Assembly (NCBI GenBank): GCA_963815215.1
Contig: CAWFFU010000003.1
Span: 640,001 to 704,000 of the forward strand
Length of the DNA: 64,000 bases
Reading direction: 5' to 3'
Source: an uncultured Trueperaceae bacterium
GTDB taxonomy: Bacteria; Deinococcota; Deinococci; Deinococcales; Trueperaceae
Both the position numbers and the translations under genes were made by a program. This document shows, one piece after another, positions 57,980-64,000 of the stretch. Within the stretch, counting starts at the first letter, position 1, and each line of letters begins with the position of its first letter. Under the pieces are notes generated by a model. The model was not told the DNA's origin. It searched no databases and saw only the letters and a program-made list of their open reading frames with translations.

Positions 57980-60280
57980 GTGAACGACGTGACCCGCCTT
58001 CTGACCCGCCTCACCCTCGAAGAGAAGGCCGCCCTGTGCGTGGGCGCAACTCCCTGGACCACCACGGCCGTGCCCCGCCTCGGGTTGGAGGCGATCCGGG
58101 TCACGGACGGTCCGCACGGCGTCCGGCTGGTCGTCGATCCCAGCACGTCGGGGCAGGAGAGCGCCCCGGCGACGTGCTTCCCGACCGCCGTGTCGCTGGC
58201 GTCGAGCTGGAACGTCGAGCTGGTCCGCGCCGTGGGCGAGGCGCTCGGCGAGGAAGCCGCGGCGCTGGGCGCGCACGTGCTGCTGGGACCGGGCGTGAAC
58301 CTGAAACGCACGCCCCTGTGCGGCCGCAACTTCGAGTACTTCTCCGAGGACCCCTTCCTGGCCGGCGAGATGGCGGTGGCCTGGATCCAGGGTCTGCAGA
58401 GCCGCGGGGTGGGCGCCTCGCTCAAGCACTTCGCGCTCAACAACCAGGAGTTCCAACGCAACGCGATCGACGTGGTGGTGGACGAGCGCACCCTGCACGA
58501 GCTCTACCTGAGCGCGTTCGAGACTGCGGTCACACGCGCGCACCCGTGGACCGTGATGGCCGCCTACAACCGGGTGAACGGCGAGCTGTGCTCCCAGCAC
58601 GCGCCGCTGCTCCACGACATCCTGGTCGACGCATGGGGCTTCGACGGAGTGGTGATGTCCGACTGGGGGGCCGTGCGCGACCCGGTGGCCGCGCTGGCGG
58701 CCGGCCTCCACCTGGAGATGCCCGGACCCAAGGCGAGCCACGTGAGCATGATCGTCGCAGCGGTGCAGGAGGGGCGCCTGGACGCTTCGGCTGTCGACGA
58801 GGCGGCGCTGCGCATCCTCCGGTTGGCCGAACGCACCCGGGTCCACGCCGAGCCCCGCGACTTCGATGAGGACGCGCACCATGCGCTGGCCCGCCGAGCC
58901 GCTGCGGAGGGCATGGTGCTGCTGACCAACCGCGGCAGCCTGCCGCTTGCGCCCGAGCGGCGCATCGCCGTGATCGGCCGCTCCGCCCGCGCGCCGCACC
59001 TGCAGGGCGGAGGCAGCGCCAACGTTCGACCCACCCGGCTCGACACCCCATGGCACGCGCTCAGCAAGGCTGTCGGCGGCGAGCTGGTCTACGCCGAGGG
59101 CTGGAGCGACGACCTCGCACAGCACCCCGAGCTCATCGCGGAGGCGGTTGCGGTCGCCGCCACCGCCGACGTGGCCGTCGTCTTCACGGCATTGCCCGGG
59201 ACGCTCGAGTCGGAAGGCTACGATCGCACCGAGCTCGGGCTCCCGCGCCCCCAGGTCGAGCTGATCCGCGCCGTCGCCGCGACGGGCCGACCGACCGTGG
59301 TCGTGTTGAACAACGGCGGCGCCGTCGACGTGACGCCCTGGGTCGACGAGGTCGACGCCGTTCTCCAGGCCTGGACCATGGGGCAGGCGGGCGGCTCGGC
59401 TGTGGCCGACGTGCTCCTGGGGATCGTCGACCCAGGCGGCCGATTGGCGGAGACGTTCCCGCTGCGCCTGGAGGACACGCCGGCCTTCCACAGCTACCCC
59501 GGCGAGAACGGCCGCGCCCCGTACGGCGAAGGGCTGTTCGTCGGCTACCGCTGGTACGACGCACGCCAGCTGCCGGTGCGCTTCCCGTTCGGCCACGGGC
59601 TCAGCTACACCACCTTCGCCTACCGGGGGCCGCGCCTGTCGGTCTCCGAGTTCGACGAGGACGATGCCATCGAGGTCACCTTCGACGTCACCAACACCGG
59701 TGCGCGCACCGGCAGCGAGGTGGCGCAGCTCTACGTGCACGACCAGGCGTCCCGCCTGCGCCGGCCCGTCAAGGAGCTCAAGGGGTTCGCCAAGGTGACG
59801 CTGGCGCCTGCGGAGACCCGCACCGTGACGATCAGGCTCGATCGCCGGGCGTTCGCCTACTACGACCCGGCCCACGGCCGATGGGTGACCGAGGCCGGCA
59901 CCTTCGACGTGCTCATCGGCGCGTCGGCGACGGACGTCCGTCTGCGTGCCTCGGTCACGCTGCGACGCGGCAGCGAGCTGCCCTGCATCCTCGACCGCGA
60001 CTCGACGCTACGCGAGTGGCTCGACGATCGCCGTGGCGGCCCCGTGCTGGCTCCGCGGCTCGAGGGCATCCGGCAACGCGTCGCCGCCGCCATGGGCGGC
60101 ACCGACGAGCAGGTCATCGGCATGGATCTCGCGGGCTTCCTGCTCGACATGCCGCTGCTCAGCGTGCTGGCCTTCCATGAAGAGGACGAGGGCGTGAGCG
60201 CGATCGATCAAGTGGACGCGCTGCTCGCGCAGGCCCGCGGCGCCGACGCCGCTCCGCGCGAGAGCGGGGTCGGCTCGTGA
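57980..60280 (+). CDS. GH3 beta-glucosidase with fibronectin-III-like C-terminal domain (no signal peptide)
   Basis: TDGPHG, CGRNFEYFSEDP, SLKHFA, nucleophile in MSDWGA, SEGYDR, PFGHGLSYT and KELKGF. AAGGA RBS. Confidence 0.95.
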   Translation: MNDVTRLLTRLTLEEKAALCVGATPWTTTAVPRLGLEAIRVTDGPHGVRLVVDPSTSGQESAPATCFPTAVSLASSWNVELVRAVGEALGEEAAALGAHVLLGPGVNLKRTPLCGRNFEYFSEDPFLAGEMAVAWIQGLQSRGVGASLKHFALNNQEFQRNAIDVVVDERTLHELYLSAFETAVTRAHPWTVMAAYNRVNGELCSQHAPLLHDILVDAWGFDGVVMSDWGAVRDPVAALAAGLHLEMPGPKASHVSMIVAAVQEGRLDASAVDEAALRILRLAERTRVHAEPRDFDEDAHHALARRAAAEGMVLLTNRGSLPLAPERRIAVIGRSARAPHLQGGGSANVRPTRLDTPWHALSKAVGGELVYAEGWSDDLAQHPELIAEAVAVAATADVAVVFTALPGTLESEGYDRTELGLPRPQVELIRAVAATGRPTVVVLNNGGAVDVTPWVDEVDAVLQAWTMGQAGGSAVADVLLGIVDPGGRLAETFPLRLEDTPAFHSYPGENGRAPYGEGLFVGYRWYDARQLPVRFPFGHGLSYTTFAYRGPRLSVSEFDEDDAIEVTFDVTNTGARTGSEVAQLYVHDQASRLRRPVKELKGFAKVTLAPAETRTVTIRLDRRAFAYYDPAHGRWVTEAGTFDVLIGASATDVRLRASVTLRRGSELPCILDRDSTLREWLDDRRGGPVLAPRLEGIRQRVAAAMGGTDEQVIGMDLAGFLLDMPLLSVLAFHEEDEGVSAIDQVDALLAQARGADAAPRESGVGS

Positions 60281-60759
60281 GCGTCGCGGCCGGCGATGCC
60301 GTTACCGGCAGCGCGGCCGCCGCCATCGACAGCCTCGACCACGTCGCCATCACCGTGGCGGACATGGACCGCTCGCTGGCGTTCTACGCCGGGCTTCTGG
60401 GGTGCGAGGTGCTGGGACAGCTGTTGCTCGACGACGGCACCTTCAAGCTCGTGTACCTCCGCAAGGGCCGCGCGCTCATCGAGCTCTTCGCGCACCGAAG
60501 CGCGCCACCCGACCCGGACCGGAGCGGCGCCCCGGCTCCGGCGCCGAGGCGGGGCGGCTTCGAGCACCTGGCGTTCCACAGCGACGATGTCGACGCCGTC
60601 GCCGCGGACCTGGCGGCCGCCGGCGTGCCCTTCAGCGTGGCTCCCAAGGACGCCGCCGGCAACGTGCGCCTGGCGTTCTTCCGCGATCCCGACGGCAACA
60701 CCCTGGAAGTGGTGTCGAACCTGCCGGAGATGGAGCCCTATCGCTCGGGGTGGAGCTGA
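60277..60759 (+). CDS. VOC (glyoxalase/methylmalonyl-CoA epimerase-like) family protein
   Basis: LDHVAITV.DM..S..FY, IELF, HLAF and FFRDPDGNTLE give the H/E/H/E metal ligand set. GTGA overlap with the GH3 gene. Confidence 0.92.
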   Translation: MSVAAGDAVTGSAAAAIDSLDHVAITVADMDRSLAFYAGLLGCEVLGQLLLDDGTFKLVYLRKGRALIELFAHRSAPPDPDRSGAPAPAPRRGGFEHLAFHSDDVDAVAADLAAAGVPFSVAPKDAAGNVRLAFFRDPDGNTLEVVSNLPEMEPYRSGWS

Positions 60760-60768
60760 GGGCGGTCC

Positions 60769-60948
60769 TCAGAAGCGGCTGGCGGTGGCCACCGGAGGTA
60801 GGCGCCGCGTGATGCGTTCGAAGACGTGGCGCCCCCAGCGCCGGGGGCATGCGACCCGCGGCCGCTCGCCGGTCAGGGCCGAGGCGCGTTCGACCATGTG
60901 GTCGCGGTGGTGCTGGCTGGTGGTGACGAAACTGGCGTGGTGGAACAT
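60769..60948 (-). CDS. Putative 59-aa small protein, not in the ORF track
   Basis: MFHHASFVTTSQHHRDHMVERASALTGERPRVACPRRWGRHVFERITRRLPPVATASRF*. GGGAGG lies 6 nt before the ATG. Fills an otherwise empty gap. Confidence 0.55.
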   Translation of the reverse strand: MFHHASFVTTSQHHRDHMVERASALTGERPRVACPRRWGRHVFERITRRLPPVATASRF

Positions 60949-60967
60949 GGAGTCCCTCCCGTGGGGG

Positions 60968-61006
60968 TCGATCCGGCTGAGGTCGATCCGGGTAGCTTCG
61001 ATCCGG
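60968..61006. repeat. Three TCGATCCGG copies at exact 15-nt period
   Basis: Copies start at 60968, 60983 and 60998. Confidence 0.8.
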
Positions 61007-61010
61007 ACAT

Positions 61011-61067
61011 CTGAATCGATTCTGCCCTGAATCGATTCAGCGTCCTATACTCGAGCGTGGATGTCAA
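61011..61067. promoter_or_regulatory. Two LacI-type operators and overlapping opposed promoters
   Basis: CTGAATCGATTCTG (61011-61024) and perfect CTGAATCGATTCAG (61027-61040). Plus-strand TATACT (61046-61051) precedes the lacI GTG. Minus-strand TTGACA-N17-GACGCT (61067 to 61039). Confidence 0.72.
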
Positions 61068-62181
61068 GGCCGGCCACTACGATCGGCGCGTGACCCTCAA
61101 GGACGTGGCGCTGGCCGTGGGGGTGGCGCCGTCGACGGTGTCCAACGCCTACAACCGGCCCGATCAGCTCTCCGAAGCGCTGCGCGCGCGCATCCTGGCG
61201 GCAGCCGAGCGCATGGGTTACGCCGGTCCCGATCCGCGGGCCCGCAACCTCCGGCGCGGCACCTCCACCACCATCGGGCTGGTCTATCCCAGCCGCCTCT
61301 CCTACGCCTTCACCGACCCGATGGCCGCCCTGTTCATCCAGGGGTTGGCCGAAGAGGTGGAACGTCACGGCTATGCGCTGCTACTGGTCGGAGGGCCGGC
61401 CGACGATCCGGCCACCGGTGCTCCGCAGGGGACCCCGGTACAGCGCGCGCCCGTCGACGGCTTCGTGCTCCACGCCTTCGCCGACGACGATCCACTGTTC
61501 ACCACTGCCCTGGCACGGCGGCTTCCCACCGTAGTGGTGGACAACCCGGCCAAGACCGACCTCCCCTGCGTGGCGATCGACGACGCCGCCGCGGCCGCCG
61601 GCGCTGCGGAGCACCTGCTTGCGCTGGGACACCGGTACGTCGGCGTCCTATCGCTGGAACTGACCGTCGAACCGGTCGGCGGCATCATCGGAGCGCGCCG
61701 ACAGGAGCAGGCGCGCTACCGCGCTACGCGCGAGCGGCTCGCCGGCTACCGGCGGGCGCTGACGGACGCGGGTCTCGCCTGGGACGCCCACGCCGTCGTC
61801 TTCGAGTCGATCGACAACACCGTGGCCGAGGGCCGTCACGGCGCCCGTCTGCTGTGGGAGGCCACGCGCCGGCCCACGGCTCTGCTCGCCATGAGCGATC
61901 AGCTTGCCTTCGGCGCGTTGGCGTTCGCGCGCGAACGGGGGCTGGCGGTGCCCGGCGATCTGTCCGTGATCGGCTTCGACGACGTGCCGAGCGCAGCGCG
62001 CTCGAGCCCGGCCCTGACGACCGTGCACCAGCCCACCGTGCGCAAGGGCCGCGAGGCGGGCCGCCTGCTTCTGCGCGCCCTTCACGGCGAGAGCGCCTCG
62101 GCGTGCGTGTGGCTCCCGACGGAGCTGGTGCTGCGCGCCTCCGCGGGGCCGCCCCGCCCGCCCGCCGGCGGCGACAGCTGA
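61057..62181 (+). CDS. LacI family transcriptional regulator
   Basis: HTH TLKDVALAVGVAPSTVSNAYN, GY.GP...ARNLR, MSDQLA, GFDD and LTTVHQP. Confidence 0.95.
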   Translation: MDVKAGHYDRRVTLKDVALAVGVAPSTVSNAYNRPDQLSEALRARILAAAERMGYAGPDPRARNLRRGTSTTIGLVYPSRLSYAFTDPMAALFIQGLAEEVERHGYALLLVGGPADDPATGAPQGTPVQRAPVDGFVLHAFADDDPLFTTALARRLPTVVVDNPAKTDLPCVAIDDAAAAAGAAEHLLALGHRYVGVLSLELTVEPVGGIIGARRQEQARYRATRERLAGYRRALTDAGLAWDAHAVVFESIDNTVAEGRHGARLLWEATRRPTALLAMSDQLAFGALAFARERGLAVPGDLSVIGFDDVPSAARSSPALTTVHQPTVRKGREAGRLLLRALHGESASACVWLPTELVLRASAGPPRPPAGGDS

Positions 62182-62304
62182 GCGCGCTCCGGGCGCCCGG
62201 GCCGGCGCTTGCCGAGCGCGCCGCCGCCGTGCTAAGCTCGCGTTTGGCTTCGCGCATTGTCGGCCCCGATCAAACCCGGCAAGCCTCCGAAGGACGTGAC
62301 GAGT

Positions 62305-62730
62305 GTGAAGACGATGTTCCCCAAGGAGACCCATAACGACTGGGTCGTCATCGATGCGGCCGGTCAGACGGTCGGTCGCCTCGCGACCCGGATCGCCACG
62401 GTGCTCCGCGGCAAGCACAAGCCCGACTACACGCCCCACCTGGCAGGCGGTGACTTCGTCATCGTCATCAACGCCGAGAAGGTGGTGTTCACCGGTCGCA
62501 AGCTCGACCAGAAGGTCTACACCCGCTACAGCGGGTACCAGGGTGGGCTCAAGACCACCACCGCCCGGGTGATGCTGGACCGTCACCCCGACAGGGTCAT
62601 CCGCCACGCGGTGTGGGGCATGCTACCCAAGACGCGCCAGGGCCGCAGACTGATCCGCCGCCTCAAGGTGTACGCCGGCGAAGCGCACCCGCATCAGGCG
62701 CAGCAGCCGAAGGAGTTGGAGGTCGCCTGA
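62305..62730 (+). CDS. rplM: 50S ribosomal protein L13
   Basis: WVVIDA...GRLA...LRGKHKP.YTPH...[11 protein letters not shown] and LKVYAG..HPH.AQ. Confidence 0.98.
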   Translation: MKTMFPKETHNDWVVIDAAGQTVGRLATRIATVLRGKHKPDYTPHLAGGDFVIVINAEKVVFTGRKLDQKVYTRYSGYQGGLKTTTARVMLDRHPDRVIRHAVWGMLPKTRQGRRLIRRLKVYAGEAHPHQAQQPKELEVA

Positions 62731-63116
62731 TGGACCAGTACTACGGAACCGGACGACGCAAGTCGGCGGTCGCGCGGGTGTTCCTGCGGCAGGGAAGCGG
62801 CCGTATCACCGTGAACGGACGCGACTTCCAGGACTACTTCCGGGGCATCCTGGCGGGCGTGCAGGCGCTCGAGCCGCTCAAGGTCACCAACACGGCGGGT
62901 CGCTACGACGCCGTCATCACGGTGGCGGGCGGTGGGCCGAGCGGTCAGGCCGACGCCATCAAGCTCGGCGTGGCGCGCGCGCTGCTCCACGTCGACCCGA
63001 ACTTCCGCACCACCCTCAAGCAGGGCGGCTATCTGTCGCGTGACCAGCGCATCGTGGAGCGCAAGAAGTACGGCCTCAAGAAGGCTCGGCGGGCTCCGCA
63101 GTACAGCAAGCGCTGA
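62730..63116 (+). CDS. rpsI: 30S ribosomal protein S9
   Basis: [22 protein letters not shown] and [19 protein letters not shown]. Confidence 0.98.
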   Translation: MDQYYGTGRRKSAVARVFLRQGSGRITVNGRDFQDYFRGILAGVQALEPLKVTNTAGRYDAVITVAGGGPSGQADAIKLGVARALLHVDPNFRTTLKQGGYLSRDQRIVERKKYGLKKARRAPQYSKR

Positions 63117-63165
63117 TCGTCGCGCCGCACGCGGTTTCGAGCGTGCGGTTCGAAAGACCGGCTGT

Positions 63166-63198
63166 GGCGGAGCGTTCCCCATCGGGTGACGCTCCGCC
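63166..63198 (+). terminator. Hairpin downstream of rpsI
   Basis: GGCGGAGCGT-loop-ACGCTCCGCC. Confidence 0.5.
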
Positions 63199-63277
63199 GC
63201 TCGTGTGGGGCGCCTGAGCCCCGTGTCCCGGCCGGCGCAACACGCCGGCGCCCCGACGCCAGGAGGACCCGCCCGCC

Positions 63278-64000
63278 ATGACCCTGTTCCACGCAACGGT
63301 CCTGGGGATCGTCCAAGGACTGACCGAGTTCCTGCCCGTGTCCAGCTCCGGCCACCTCGTCCTGACCAACTACTTCCTCGGGTGGGGCTCGGGCCTCAAG
63401 TTGTGGGTCGACATCGCCACCAACACCGGCACGCTCGTCGCCGTCCTGATCTACCTGCGACGCGATGTGGCCGCGGCCGTGGGCGGCTTCGTGACCGGCC
63501 TCGGATCGGCCGAGGCGAGGCAACGCGAGGGCTGGCGCATGGCGTTGCTGGTGCTGGTCGGCTCCGTTCCCACCGCGATCATCGGCATCGGCCTCAAGGG
63601 CGTGTTCGACAGCCTCAACGCGCCACTCCCGGTGGCGCTGGCGCTGATCGTCACCGGCTTCATCCTGTGGTTCGCCCCCAAGAGCGGGCCCAAGCACGAC
63701 GTGAAGCACGTGACCTTCCTGGACGCCTTCATCGGCGGCATCGCCCAGGGGCTGGCGGTCATCCCGGGCATCTCGCGTTCCGGCATCACCATCGCCACCT
63801 TCCTGGGGCGTGGAACCGATGCCGAGCTGGCGCCTCGCCTGTCGTTCCTGATGTACCTGGTGGTCTCCGTCGGGGTGACCGTGCTCGGCATCAAGGACAT
63901 ACAGGCGGCACACATCGGTTGGGGACCCGTGATCGCCATGTTCGTGGCCTCGTTCGTGACCGGTTACCTGGCGCTGATGGTGCTGTTCGCGGTGCTCCGG
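63278..64000 (+). CDS. uppP: Undecaprenyl-diphosphate phosphatase (3' end beyond the window)
   Basis: MTLFHATVLGIVQGLTEFLPVSSSGHL and QGLAVIPGISRSG. No stop codon before the window end, so it is absent from the ORF track. Confidence 0.95.
   Translation, partial: MTLFHATVLGIVQGLTEFLPVSSSGHLVLTNYFLGWGSGLKLWVDIATNTGTLVAVLIYLRRDVAAAVGGFVTGLGSAEARQREGWRMALLVLVGSVPTAIIGIGLKGVFDSLNAPLPVALALIVTGFILWFAPKSGPKHDVKHVTFLDAFIGGIAQGLAVIPGISRSGITIATFLGRGTDAELAPRLSFLMYLVVSVGVTVLGIKDIQAAHIGWGPVIAMFVASFVTGYLALMVLFAVLR

Noticed and set aside
57683..59875. Long antisense or alternate-frame ORFs (also 13590-15092, 36778-38796, 42391-43989, 47243-48733, 10481-12106)
   Set aside because: They overlap well-supported genes, carry no motifs, and are expected from stop-codon scarcity in high-GC DNA.
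60873..61067. 64-aa Ser/Thr/Pro-rich ORF from the track
   Set aside because: It runs through the operators and repeats and has no RBS. The alternative-frame 59-aa ORF at 60948 has a strong SD and fits the gap better.
62182..62304. Ribosomal L13 leader or riboswitch upstream of rplM
   Set aside because: A TAAGCT -10 box and a short leader are visible, but I cannot support a conserved RNA structure by eye. An Infernal/Rfam search would be needed.
63029..63939. Minus-strand ORFs at the window end
   Set aside because: They are shadows of plus-strand uppP, which the track missed because it has no stop within the window.

Overview
A very GC-rich, gene-dense bacterial chromosome segment, most likely from Deinococcota (Truepera/Deinococcus-like). 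That placement is inferred from many apparently leaderless genes (a TANNNT box 5-8 nt before the start codon), the upp-wecA-wecB-folPBK gene order and an E3-binding-domain pseudo-E2 protein. Most of the window is core metabolism: leuCD-methyltransferase-leuB, ilvD, GntR-tctCBA, ubiX-ispD-ispE, ackA-glk, folPBK, wecA/wecB, upp, gabT, rpe, accDA, nrdR, rplM-rpsI and uppP. There are three tRNA genes (Ser-CGA, Gln-CTG, Gln-TTG). One large accessory catabolic operon (49316-60759) comprises a LacI regulator, an Opp-type sugar ABC importer, a Gfo/Idh/MocA dehydrogenase, an IolE/XylA-like TIM barrel, a GH3 beta-glucosidase and a VOC protein. I found no mobile element, prophage, CRISPR array or defence system. 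The best candidates for something undescribed are: (i) a 59-aa His/Arg-rich ORF missing from the ORF track, divergent from a second LacI gene and preceded by two LacI-type operators and a 15-nt-period triple repeat; (ii) a possible 3-keto-glycoside route plus VOC protein in the sugar operon, perhaps linked to a thuA-dehydrogenase pair; (iii) a lipoyl-less, catalytically degenerate E2-like protein with a long acidic linker; (iv) a methyltransferase coupled into the leucine operon. All functional calls come from motifs recognised by eye; no searches were run. Start codons were re-picked using RBS, -10 and overlap evidence and some remain uncertain.
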